32,000 bases of DNA from Staphylothermus marinus F1 (GCF_000015945.1 NC_009033.1:600001-632000), one strand, 5' to 3'; counted from the stretch's first letter, positions 8,172-17,608 are shown. Notes: generated from the sequence alone by a model not told the origin. Made by a program: numbers and translations.

Positions 8172-9974
8172 GTGGGGTTTGAGAAAGACTATTTCGAGGG
8201 GAAGATGCTTTTCTGGCTTATAATTGGTATTGTTTCTCTAATAATACTAGTTGTTAGTATTATAGGAATACATTACTTAATTATTGATCTCCTATTGCTT
8301 GCATTATCCCTGATCATACTTGGAAGAATGACTTATATATTGATGAAGAAACACAGGATATCCGTTGATTTACTGATGGGTATAGCAGGGCTGGCAACAT
8401 GGTATTTGCATGCTTATATTGAGGGCTTCCTCATTTTCGCGCTCTATTCTATATCAGAGCTTATCGAGGAATTCTCGGAGCTCCATGCTAGGAAGAAACT
8501 ATCTGATATTAAAGAAATCATTCCATTAAGTGTACAAGTTAAGATAGGTAACCGATTTATTGAGAAAAGATTGGACGAGGTGAATGTAGGGGATCTAGTT
8601 CTTGTCAAGCCCGGCAACATAGTTCCAGTTGATGGTATTATAGTTGATGGATATTCGAGTTTTGACACATCATATATAACTGGCGAGGCAGAACCCCTCA
8701 TTATTCATAGAGGCGGAAACGTATATAGTGGATATATTAACAAGGAAAGACTAGTAATCGTAAAAGCTTTGAAGAAACCTAGTGAATCAATGCTTCAACT
8801 ACTCATTAAGGAAGCGGAGAGAGCGTTAGAGAGAAAGGCTTCTATTCAGAAGTTCTTGGAGAAATTTGCTCAACCATATACTTTCATAGTATTATTATTT
8901 TTCGGCGTTGCATCTTTTTATTTAGGCCTCTATAAGGGTTTATCCATATTATTAGCGGGTTGCCCAAGCGCCTTCATCTTGTCAACAAGCGTAGCTACAG
9001 CTCTATCCATCACTATTCTTAGTGGGAAATCAATTATTGTCCGTGGAGGAGTGGTTTTGGAGAAGGCTAGCATACTTAGAACAATAATACTGGACAAGAC
9101 GGGGACGATTACTCTTGGAAGAATGGATATAGTTGGCGTTAAGTCTTATAACGGATTTAGCGAGGATATAGTTTTAAGATATGCTGGTGGAGCAGCTAAG
9201 GCAAGCGACCACCCTATTTCGAGGGTTATAGCTGAGAGAAGCGATTTAATACCTGAGAAAGCAGTTGAGTATCCGGGTAAAGGTGTTGAAGCAATTGTTG
9301 ATGGTGCGAAAGTTATTATTGGATCTAAAAATCTCATATTGGAAAACAATATAGTAGTACCTAATTCTTCAAATTGTGGAGAGGGATCTATTGAAGTACA
9401 CGTAGCCATCGATGATAAATATGCTGGAGTAATATGTTTGGAAGATAAAGTTACAGATGAAGTGTTTAAAACAATAAATGAGCTTCGAAAAATGAATCTT
9501 CGCCTCATAATAGCTAGTGGAGACAGAGTTGAGCGTGTGAGGAAAATTGCTTCTATGCTTGGAATAAAAGAGTACTATGGAGAATTATTACCTGATGAGA
9601 AAAGACAATTAGTGATCAAGATGAAGAGGGAAGCAGGGATGGCTGGATTTGTTGGTGATGGTATAAACGATGTTGAAGCAATTGCTGAAGCTGATGTTGG
9701 CATGGCTATTGGTAGTTTAAGAATTGTATCTAATATAGGTGATGTAGTGTTTATTAAGGGAATTAGTGGATTACCTAAACTACTACGTTTCGCTAGGAAA
9801 TACATACATACAATATATTTAGCAATTATAGCTACTAGTTTTGTAAAGCTTGGAGCCATGATGCTAGGTTTAGCAGGCTTAGTACCTATATGGCTTGTAG
9901 TGGCTTTAGGAGACGATGGATCAACACTTTTATCTATAGGTATGACAACTTACTCTCTTAGTAGGAGAATCTAG
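8172..9974 (+). CDS. P1B-type ATPase of unclear metal specificity (CPS TM motif, no N-terminal metal-binding domain)
   Basis: 600 aa with a GTG start 7 nt after GGTGA. Motifs are TGEAEP, the TM motif GCPSAFIL, DKTGTITLG, SDHPIS (HP motif), GDGINDVEA, and LGDDGSTLL in the last TM helix where HEGST/MSxST would be expected. Confidence 0.85.
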   Translation: MGFEKDYFEGKMLFWLIIGIVSLIILVVSIIGIHYLIIDLLLLALSLIILGRMTYILMKKHRISVDLLMGIAGLATWYLHAYIEGFLIFALYSISELIEEFSELHARKKLSDIKEIIPLSVQVKIGNRFIEKRLDEVNVGDLVLVKPGNIVPVDGIIVDGYSSFDTSYITGEAEPLIIHRGGNVYSGYINKERLVIVKALKKPSESMLQLLIKEAERALERKASIQKFLEKFAQPYTFIVLLFFGVASFYLGLYKGLSILLAGCPSAFILSTSVATALSITILSGKSIIVRGGVVLEKASILRTIILDKTGTITLGRMDIVGVKSYNGFSEDIVLRYAGGAAKASDHPISRVIAERSDLIPEKAVEYPGKGVEAIVDGAKVIIGSKNLILENNIVVPNSSNCGEGSIEVHVAIDDKYAGVICLEDKVTDEVFKTINELRKMNLRLIIASGDRVERVRKIASMLGIKEYYGELLPDEKRQLVIKMKREAGMAGFVGDGINDVEAIAEADVGMAIGSLRIVSNIGDVVFIKGISGLPKLLRFARKYIHTIYLAIIATSFVKLGAMMLGLAGLVPIWLVVALGDDGSTLLSIGMTTYSLSRRI

Positions 9975-10991
9975 GTGGTGTTTTTGAAATATATTTCTTT
10001 GGGATGGACTGGTTTGAAAATAAGTGTTTTAGGCTTAGGTTTCTGGCAAGCTGGTTCACGGCTTTGGGGCTGGAAACATAGAGATGTTACGGGATACGAA
10101 GTTGTCAGGGAAATCGTTGCAACAAGTATTATGGAAGGAATAAATTTTTATGATACAGCAGAAATTTATGGAGGAGGCTTATCAGAGAAGTTTCTCGGCA
10201 AAGCAATTAGGGAGCTAGGTATTAGGGATCAGGTAGTTGTTGTTAGCAAGATTGCTGGTTTCCGATACACGTACCATAATATGTTGAAAGCTGTTAAGGG
10301 GATTAGTGAACGTCTAGGATTTAAACCAGACATAATACTGCATCACTGGCCCCCACCATTCTATGTATCAATATGTAGAGTAATTAATAACTTAGAGAAA
10401 CTCGTTGATAGAGGCTACGTAGAATACTATGGATTATCAAATTATGCAAACAAACTACTCGTTAAAGCCTTGGAATGCACTAGAAAACACGAACCAGTAC
10501 TTGACCAGCTACACTATAATCTCGGATACAGAGTAATCGAGAACAATACAAAGAAAATACTCGAAGAAAACAAAATAGCCCTGATAGCTTGGAGCCCCCT
10601 AGCAAAAGGAGCACTAGCAGGATTAACAAAACCATTAACAACAGCGCAGAAAACAGACAAAATATTCCTCAATGTTGCAAAAGATCAAAAACTACAAGAA
10701 ACACTAGAACAATTATCAAGAAAATACAACACCACAAAATCAGCAATAGCTCTAGCATGGCTTATAAGCAAGAATGCAATACCCATACCAGGAACACGTA
10801 AACCAAAAAGAATACATGAATACACACAAGCAACAAAGATCAAACTAGAAAAACAAGACATAAACAAATTAGATAATATCTCATCAAAATACACATCAAT
10901 ATATGGAACAAAATACAGCTCCCTAAAACTAATAAGACTCGTACCCGGAACACTCCAACACCTATCAATAAAAATAACCAAAGGAATATAA
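9975..10991 (+). CDS. Aldo/keto reductase
   Basis: 338 aa. GLGFWQAG...INFYDTAEIYGGGLSEKFLGKAI and later blocks are typical of the AKR family. The GTG start immediately follows the stop of the upstream ATPase (TAG at 9972-9974), which suggests co-transcription. Confidence 0.85.
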   Translation: MVFLKYISLGWTGLKISVLGLGFWQAGSRLWGWKHRDVTGYEVVREIVATSIMEGINFYDTAEIYGGGLSEKFLGKAIRELGIRDQVVVVSKIAGFRYTYHNMLKAVKGISERLGFKPDIILHHWPPPFYVSICRVINNLEKLVDRGYVEYYGLSNYANKLLVKALECTRKHEPVLDQLHYNLGYRVIENNTKKILEENKIALIAWSPLAKGALAGLTKPLTTAQKTDKIFLNVAKDQKLQETLEQLSRKYNTTKSAIALAWLISKNAIPIPGTRKPKRIHEYTQATKIKLEKQDINKLDNISSKYTSIYGTKYSSLKLIRLVPGTLQHLSIKITKGI

Positions 10992-11218
10992 ATCATCTTT
11001 ATCTATATTGATCAAGAAGGGACTAGTTGAAAAAATAGTGCCTTTAAGAGATACAAGACGTAGAATATACAGGCTGAAACGTAAGTAAGATTTTGCTTAT
11101 GTGATTTTATGAGTTTTGTTCATGTTCAAGATCGCTTTTATTTATCTCATATCTGCCTTTATATTGGATGGGCATAGTTATTAGTTGTAGATCGGTATGG
11201 GTGAGGTGAAAGATAAAG

Positions 11219-12892
11219 TTGGAGATCATAGGCGTAGATGAATTAAGTACTTTCCTTAAAATGTTCTCGAATAAAAGATATGGTTACTATAAGACTTTAA
11301 AGAGTATAGTAATAAACTATGATAATGTACGAGCTAGTTTTACCCGCATACAGTCTGATCCCTATGCACCTCCGTCTATTCTGGAGTTCATTGTTCCGAG
11401 GAATATACATGGGTTAAAACTCAAAAGATTTAGGGTAAGAGATTATCAAGTACTTTCGGATTATCTCTATAGGAGGCTCTATAGTGAATCTATAAGATAT
11501 AGGTGGAAGTGTGGTAGTGGGTATAGTTGTTTCTTAGGGGTTCCTAAGCCTTCTCCGATAATGATTTATCGTAGTGGGGCAGAAATAGTTGGAGGAGATA
11601 TTGTTTTGAGAATTTTTATTGGTTTACCAGCGTCTGGTAGGAGAATACTGGTTAAACCACTTATTCATATATTATCAATAATTATACCCCGAATAATCGA
11701 TAAGTTCAGGAACTTGTATAAGTGTGAAAAAGAAATATGGGAGAGAGTTCTTTATTTTAGGGACTACTTGTATATTCAGGAATTACTCGCTGATGAAAAC
11801 GCTGTTGCGTTCATAGCTAATAATAGTATTTTACCTAGAGAATCAAGTATATCGCAGAAACCCTTATCAAACGCTGTTCCTTTTAGTATAGAGGATAAGT
11901 ATTCTCGAGAGATAAGGCTTCCAAGCGGTAAAACAATATATGGATTAATTATTCCTCAGGGACTCACAGTTATAACTGGTGGAGGATATCATGGTAAAAC
12001 AACATTGTTGGAAGCATTACAGGAGGGAGTATATCCCCACATACCCGGTGATGGTAGAGAATACGTTGTATCTAGGCCTAGAACAGTTCTTGTAAAAGCT
12101 GAGGACGGCAGATTTATTCATAGAGTAGATATTTCCAGCTTCATCAAGAAAACACCTGTTATTGGGGATACAAAGGATTTTATAAGTAGAGATGCAAGCG
12201 GGTCTACAAGTATGGCTGCATCAATAAATGAACTTGTCGAAGCCGGTGTTGATAATATTTTGTTAGATGAGGATACTAGTGCTACAAATCTATTATACAA
12301 GGATGAATATATGGCTAGACTGCTCAGCGACGACCCGATAACAACTATTACACAACTAGCTAGAAGCTTTACTAGGAAGACAGGGATTAACTTGGTAGTA
12401 GTTTCTAGTGCTTCATCAATTCTTCTAAGCAAAGCAGATTTTATTATTCTTATGAGAAACTATAAGCCCTCAATACTGTCCAGAGAAGAAATAGGTCTAG
12501 TAGAAAAGCTTCCAGATAAACAATATCGTCCACCTAGGGAAAGAGTGTTTAAGGGGATAAGAGGTGTTGAAAAAATTAGAGCTAAGGGATCAAAGCTTAC
12601 GATAAAATATAGGGATGGAACAGTTTTCGAGCTCGACTTAAAGAATAATCCGAGAATAATTGAGAACGGGCAAGTTAAAATGATCGCTACTATTCTTAAA
12701 TGGGTTATTAGAGAAAAAATCACTGGTTCAACAAGAAAACTAGTTGAAACAATAAATAATGTGTTCCAAGAGAAAGGGTTCTCAGGATTTACCAAAGTAG
12801 TTCCTCCTGATCTCAGCTGGGTTGATGGATTAGATGTTGTATGGGCTATTAATAGATTATACAATGTAGTATTCGAGAAAAGACCCTCATAG
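11219..12892 (+). CDS. Predicted ATPase of the ABC class (COG3044 / PF09818-like), function unknown
   Basis: 557 aa with a TTG start after GGTGAGGTGA. The central block VITGGGYHGKTTLLEALQEGVYPHIPGDGREYVV and the later LLDEDTSATNLL match the conserved Walker A/B-like core of this family. Confidence 0.75.
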   Translation: MEIIGVDELSTFLKMFSNKRYGYYKTLKSIVINYDNVRASFTRIQSDPYAPPSILEFIVPRNIHGLKLKRFRVRDYQVLSDYLYRRLYSESIRYRWKCGSGYSCFLGVPKPSPIMIYRSGAEIVGGDIVLRIFIGLPASGRRILVKPLIHILSIIIPRIIDKFRNLYKCEKEIWERVLYFRDYLYIQELLADENAVAFIANNSILPRESSISQKPLSNAVPFSIEDKYSREIRLPSGKTIYGLIIPQGLTVITGGGYHGKTTLLEALQEGVYPHIPGDGREYVVSRPRTVLVKAEDGRFIHRVDISSFIKKTPVIGDTKDFISRDASGSTSMAASINELVEAGVDNILLDEDTSATNLLYKDEYMARLLSDDPITTITQLARSFTRKTGINLVVVSSASSILLSKADFIILMRNYKPSILSREEIGLVEKLPDKQYRPPRERVFKGIRGVEKIRAKGSKLTIKYRDGTVFELDLKNNPRIIENGQVKMIATILKWVIREKITGSTRKLVETINNVFQEKGFSGFTKVVPPDLSWVDGLDVVWAINRLYNVVFEKRPS

Positions 12893-12987
12893 CCGAGGGA
12901 TTCGTCACCTATTCAGACGATGCGGGCGACACCCGACGGGCTGTCATCGGGTCATATATACTTATATGGTTAATTAGGATTTATTGT

Positions 12988-13893
12988 TTATTTTCTATGC
13001 GCATATCCTATGATATCGGATATTCTCGTAAATCCTTTCTCTTCCATATACTTCTTGATACCATCAAGTATATTGTTTACTATATTGTATCCAACCATGT
13101 AGAATCCTGTACCTATTTGAATAGCTTTTGCACCAGCAAGTAGTAGTTCAACACTTGTTTTCCAATCAATTACTCCGCCAACACCTATTATTTCAGCTCC
13201 AAGCTCTTCATATACCTTATAAACACTATACACTGCTACAGGATGTATTGCTGGACCCGATAATCCTCCGAATCCATGTGTTAGAACAGGTTTACCAACA
13301 TATACATCAATAAACATACCGGGCAAAGTATTTATTAAAACAACTGCGTCAACCCCATTATTCAATAGTATTTCTGATTCCCTAATAATTCTCCTACTAA
13401 AACCCAGCTTACCCCATACAGGAATATTTGAAACACTAGATACATTTAAAGCAACATGTTTTAAAACTTCATCCGTAGCAACTGTGTCAACACCGAAACC
13501 TGGAGTGTGTGGACAACTAAGATTAAGCTCTAAAGCCTCTGGTCTAGCATCCAGTGCTTTCTCAGCTAATATTTGGAACTCTCTTGGATCCCGTCCACCA
13601 ATACTCACAATTGCAGGTAATCCGTATTTATGAATTTCTTCAACGAGAACATTTACTGCATCAATACCTGGATTAGCAAGTCCAACAGCATTCAGTAATC
13701 CATAATCTAGTGGAATAGTTATTGGGGGTAAGTATCCTTCTCTAGGCTTAAGTGTAAGAGTTTTTGTCACAATACCTGCTACACCAGTTTTTGCAAGAAT
13801 CCCTACACCATTAATACTTGATGCTAAAATACCACTAGCATTCATTATTGGATGTTTGAAAACTATACCTGTAACCTTAGTTGTTAAATCCAT
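12988..13893 (-). CDS. pyrD: Dihydroorotate dehydrogenase catalytic subunit (class 1B)
   Basis: 301 aa. Motifs are NASGIL, LELNLSCPHTPG (catalytic Cys) and GGV.DW. It lies next to pyrK in the pyr cluster. Confidence 0.9.
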   Translation of the reverse strand: MDLTTKVTGIVFKHPIMNASGILASSINGVGILAKTGVAGIVTKTLTLKPREGYLPPITIPLDYGLLNAVGLANPGIDAVNVLVEEIHKYGLPAIVSIGGRDPREFQILAEKALDARPEALELNLSCPHTPGFGVDTVATDEVLKHVALNVSSVSNIPVWGKLGFSRRIIRESEILLNNGVDAVVLINTLPGMFIDVYVGKPVLTHGFGGLSGPAIHPVAVYSVYKVYEELGAEIIGVGGVIDWKTSVELLLAGAKAIQIGTGFYMVGYNIVNNILDGIKKYMEEKGFTRISDIIGYAHRK

Positions 13894-13896
13894 GAA

Positions 13897-15189
13897 TCAC
13901 CCCTCCAAAACACCGACTGCTCGTCCATGAATCTTTTGAGAAAAACCTTTTCCACGTTGAAAACCTAGTTTCCCACCAATAACTGTAGCTTCAACGCATG
14001 AGTGGAATTCCCAAGAATCATATACGCTGTACTTCGCTTTAGAAACAATGTATCCAGGCTCTATTCTTGTCTTACAGTTAAACCTAATAATTGATAAATT
14101 ACCTCTACAGCCCCTGCATAATATACCATATTTTCTTAAACCAAGAATCCTGGATGGATTATAGCTTAGTAAACGATACATTTGGTCTAAGCTAATGATT
14201 CCTTTAGAAACAAGATCGCCTGCAAAAACACTTATTACTTCAACACCGTTAATACCTGGAGGACATGTTTTTGGACAACACATTTTCTCAACTACACTAT
14301 GTGGTGCATGATCGCTTGCTAAGGCATCAATATGTCCTGATACGAATAAATCATATAATAGGATCCGGTTTTGGTGATCCCTTATTGGGGGAAGGACTTT
14401 TACATAACAGTTCTTAGCATTAAATCTTTCATAGTCGAACAATAAGTAGTGGGGACAAGTATCAGCTGTGTATCCAAACCTCTTAGCTTCTAGTAGTGAT
14501 AAGTAATTGGTTATATGTGTTATATGAGTTTTAACGTTGAACTTATTGCTTAGAATAGATACATGCCTAATAGATTCTATTTCAACTCTAACATCTCTAA
14601 ACCAATAATACTCGTCTAGACTAGTCTTATACTTGTCTATCATGTATTGTTCTTCGGGATGAACAATTAATATCTTATTTATCCTTCCTAGTTTTTCAAG
14701 CATATAATCTAGTGTTGGATAACCTATTTTTTCAGGATAAAGCTTAACACCCATTACAACAGAGTTTCTAATCATTTGTTCAACATCTGATTTATTCTCC
14801 GGAACATCTATGTATACATAGTAATCTGTATATGAGTTGTTCTCTAAAATCTTCATTCTCTTCTCGAGAATTGAGAAATTATCTATTCTGGGAAGAGTAT
14901 TAGGCATTTCTCCAACAACAGTAATGCCTCCATGTAGTGCTGCTTTGGTGCCAGTCTCTATTGTTTCCTTATATGATTGCTTAAAATCTCTGAGATGTAC
15001 ATGCATATCAATGAATCCCGGGAAAGCTATGACTTCTTTATCTCTTCTATAATCGAGAACTATTTCTCCTGATACGTTTTCCCATGGATCAAGTATTTCC
15101 TTTATAAAACCGTTTTCAATGACTAATGTTGCTTTTCTTAATCCATGCAAATCATATATTAATCCGCGATAAATTATTTGGGGGATCAA
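13897..15189 (-). CDS. pyrC: Dihydroorotase
   Basis: 430 aa. It has the amidohydrolase metal ligands DMHVHLRD and ASDHAPH. The TTG start overlaps the pyrK stop (TTGA). Confidence 0.85.
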   Translation of the reverse strand: MIPQIIYRGLIYDLHGLRKATLVIENGFIKEILDPWENVSGEIVLDYRRDKEVIAFPGFIDMHVHLRDFKQSYKETIETGTKAALHGGITVVGEMPNTLPRIDNFSILEKRMKILENNSYTDYYVYIDVPENKSDVEQMIRNSVVMGVKLYPEKIGYPTLDYMLEKLGRINKILIVHPEEQYMIDKYKTSLDEYYWFRDVRVEIESIRHVSILSNKFNVKTHITHITNYLSLLEAKRFGYTADTCPHYLLFDYERFNAKNCYVKVLPPIRDHQNRILLYDLFVSGHIDALASDHAPHSVVEKMCCPKTCPPGINGVEVISVFAGDLVSKGIISLDQMYRLLSYNPSRILGLRKYGILCRGCRGNLSIIRFNCKTRIEPGYIVSKAKYSVYDSWEFHSCVEATVIGGKLGFQRGKGFSQKIHGRAVGVLEG

Positions 15190-15971
15190 CTATAAACCCT
15201 CAGGGTATCCTCATAGTTGAATAGAGGACCGTCAATACAGAGAAGTCTGCCGAGGTTTCTTAATGTGCATTTACCACATAAACCTAAGCCACACTTAATT
15301 GTTTCTTCAAGTATAAAGTAATGATTAACATTATTATTCACTTTGTTAAGCATATTACCGATCATTTCTGGCGGCCCTGATACTATGATTGCATCGTATT
15401 CTCCTAAATTAATCTTTGTATATGCATCTAAGATTGTTCCTTGATAATCGCATTCTCCGAAACATGCAGTATATGGTTTTCCACCTAGTTTACTTATGAG
15501 TCTCGGTGCATCTCCGATTTCTTCTCTTCTCCAACACCCAAATAATACATGGCATTTGTCAGGGGTGCAACCTAGATATTTTAAATAGTATAGTATAGGG
15601 GCTAAACCGCTTCCTCCAGCTACGAATAAGAACTTGTTGCCATGTGGAATATGTTCTCTGCCTAAGAAACCATACATACCTAGATAGCTTCCACAACTCA
15701 TAGATACTAGGCGCCTAGTAGTTGGTCCCACTGGTTTGACAAGTATTGATAAAGTATTGTCTTCACTATTAAAACCTGCCACACTCATTGGGATAGCTTC
15801 ATATCCTGGAACCCATAACATAATGAACTGTGGTGGTTTTGGCTCAGTAATTATGTTATCCAGTATTTTAAAATCTAAAAGGTATAGGTTTAATGATAAC
15901 TTGTTATTATTTATTAATTTTATACTGTAGTATTTAATGCTAGGACTCAATATAGTCTTCAATCTCGTCAC
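15186..15971 (-). CDS. pyrK: Dihydroorotate dehydrogenase electron-transfer subunit (FAD / 2Fe-2S)
   Basis: 261 aa with a ferredoxin-reductase-like fold (GGSGLAP) and the C-terminal cluster motif CGLGLCGKC....C.DGP. The GTG start at 15971 overlaps the pyrI 3' end by 32 nt; an alternative TTG lies at 15949. Confidence 0.85.
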   Translation of the reverse strand: MTRLKTILSPSIKYYSIKLINNNKLSLNLYLLDFKILDNIITEPKPPQFIMLWVPGYEAIPMSVAGFNSEDNTLSILVKPVGPTTRRLVSMSCGSYLGMYGFLGREHIPHGNKFLFVAGGSGLAPILYYLKYLGCTPDKCHVLFGCWRREEIGDAPRLISKLGGKPYTACFGECDYQGTILDAYTKINLGEYDAIIVSGPPEMIGNMLNKVNNNVNHYFILEETIKCGLGLCGKCTLRNLGRLLCIDGPLFNYEDTLRVYS

Positions 15972-16434
15972 CTTTCAAAACATATCCACAATACTGGCAC
16001 TCCAACATAATTGGATTAGTTGATTTTAGCTTAAACAATGACTTAATAGGCTCGTTTTTCTTCCTAGATATACATGTTGGGTTCGGGCACTTGATTAAGC
16101 CCTTAACTATGCTTGGAGGTTCAACTCTTTGCTTCTCCACAACCTTGTATTCTTTGATAACATTTATTGTAGCAGTTGGCGCTATTAATGCTATGAGACT
16201 TAATTCTTTCATTGATAAGAATTTTTCTTCGATTTTAACAATGTCTTTTCTACCAAGCTTTCTGCTTTCAACATTCATTACTAAAGCTACACGTAATCCT
16301 TCACTACCAGTTATTCCAAGCACTCTTAAAACCTTCAATGCTTTACCAGCAGGTATATGATCTATAACTATTCCATTCCTAATTTTCGAGACTATTAGCT
16401 TATTTGGATATTTTGATAGATTAGTGGGGTTCAC
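15940..16434 (-). CDS. pyrI: Aspartate carbamoyltransferase regulatory chain
   Basis: 164 aa. It has IRNGIVIDHIPAG and the C-terminal zinc motif CPNPTC...C.YC. The GTG start is preceded by GGTGAGGTG. Confidence 0.9.
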   Translation of the reverse strand: MNPTNLSKYPNKLIVSKIRNGIVIDHIPAGKALKVLRVLGITGSEGLRVALVMNVESRKLGRKDIVKIEEKFLSMKELSLIALIAPTATINVIKEYKVVEKQRVEPPSIVKGLIKCPNPTCISRKKNEPIKSLFKLKSTNPIMLECQYCGYVLKGDEIEDYIES

Positions 16435-16613
16435 TCCATAAACACCTCACCAATGTAATGATTAATAGGATGTGGATGAAGAGCTCTGCGTGGTAGGTGC
16501 GGAGCCCCGATAACCCCCTCAATGAAGAAATGAAAACCCGACCCAAGAGGGGGAAGCCCCTGCAAATACTCATAACATCCAAAATAACCAAAAAATAAAG
16601 CACGAGTAACCAC
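16427..16613 (-). repeat. GC-rich repeated element, copy A, filling the pyrB-pyrI spacer (sense to the operon)
   Basis: The reverse complement of 16490-16563 matches 27410-27483 at 64/74 positions by hand alignment. Flanking similarity continues with indels out to 16427 and 16613. The core is about 60% GC against about 35% background. It contains the helix CCCCCUC/GAGGGGG (plus-strand coordinates 16547-16553 and 16514-16520). Confidence 0.8.
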
Positions 16614-16633
16614 AACAAGTTTCTTCTCCATAC

Positions 16634-17569
16634 TTAACCCCTCCAAACACCAAGTACTAGGGATAATAGAGCCATTCTCAACGGAACACCTAGCTTGGCT
16701 TGGTAGAAATATGCTGCATAAGGAGTTTCATCAACTCTATAATCAATTTCATCTATTTTTGGTAGGGGATGAAGTATTCTAAACTCTTTCTTAACATTTC
16801 TCAATGTATCAATGCTTATCCTGTATAGGTTCTTAACTCGCTCATACTCTATTGGATCAGGGTATCTCTCCTTCTGGATTCTCGTAACATATAGTACATC
16901 TAGTTCATCGATAACATCTTGTAGACTCGTTGTTTCTTCAAACGATAATCCTAGCTCAGCTATTTTATTTCTAACTTCTTCTCTCAATCTAAGTATTCCA
17001 GGAGATATCAAGTATACTTTTCTAGGTTTAAACCTTGTTAAGCCATATAAGAAGCTTGTTATTGTTCTAGCATATTTTAGATCTCCTAGAATACCTATTG
17101 TTAACCCATCTATTCCTCCAAATATTTTATACATGGTATATAAATCGATCATTGCTTGAGTCGGGTGTTCATGTCTTCCATCTCCTCCATTGATTACGGG
17201 GTTTTCCGCTAACTCTGCAGCATACCTTGCTGTTCCTTCATATTTTGACCTAATAACTATTAGATCGCTGTATGAATCAAGCATTCTAATAGTGTCTGCG
17301 AAGTTCTCGCCTTTTGCTAGACTAGTAGCTGTTTCACTAGTGAATACAAGTGTTTTCCCGCCCAATCTATATGTTGCTGATTGAAAACTATACATTGTCC
17401 TAGTGCTTGGTTCGAGGAATGCTAATGCAACAATATATCCGTCTAGCAGGTGTAGCTTCTTTTTCTCAGACAAATATTTTTCCATCTGATCAGCTACTAA
17501 GAAGAGATATTCTAGGTTTTCACGGCTATAATCCAGTATGCTTAGTACGTCTCCTCTGGGAAAACCCAT
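16634..17569 (-). CDS. pyrB: Aspartate carbamoyltransferase catalytic chain
   Basis: 311 aa with the STRT, HPTQ and HPLP motifs. AT-rich TATA-like sequences lie in the 39-bp gap upstream (17570-17608). Confidence 0.92.
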   Translation of the reverse strand: MGFPRGDVLSILDYSRENLEYLFLVADQMEKYLSEKKKLHLLDGYIVALAFLEPSTRTMYSFQSATYRLGGKTLVFTSETATSLAKGENFADTIRMLDSYSDLIVIRSKYEGTARYAAELAENPVINGGDGRHEHPTQAMIDLYTMYKIFGGIDGLTIGILGDLKYARTITSFLYGLTRFKPRKVYLISPGILRLREEVRNKIAELGLSFEETTSLQDVIDELDVLYVTRIQKERYPDPIEYERVKNLYRISIDTLRNVKKEFRILHPLPKIDEIDYRVDETPYAAYFYQAKLGVPLRMALLSLVLGVWRG

Positions 17570-17608
17570 GTGCCCGGCACAATTTATAGTAATAACAAAA
17601 ATATAAGT

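Noticed and set aside
12893-12952. The GC-rich island as a tRNA fragment or att site (the minus strand reads GGTGACGAATCCCTC, like a T-arm) or as a C/D box sRNA (CGAUGAC ... CUGA)
   Set aside because: No complementary acceptor or T-stem partner could be found, so no cloverleaf can be drawn. The C-like box has a mismatch and the box spacing (27 nt) does not fit C/D architecture. It is retained only as an unexplained structured island.
16431-16646. The 71-aa ORF bridging pyrB and pyrI (with the sibling ORF 16421..16618) and the related 75-aa ORF 27390..27617, considered as a small-protein family
   Set aside because: The shared peptide shows mostly non-synonymous differences (6 of 8 differing codons). 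Nucleotide similarity continues after frame-breaking indels. The predicted promoter of copy B fires downstream of its ATG. I keep it only as an alternative hypothesis in the findings.
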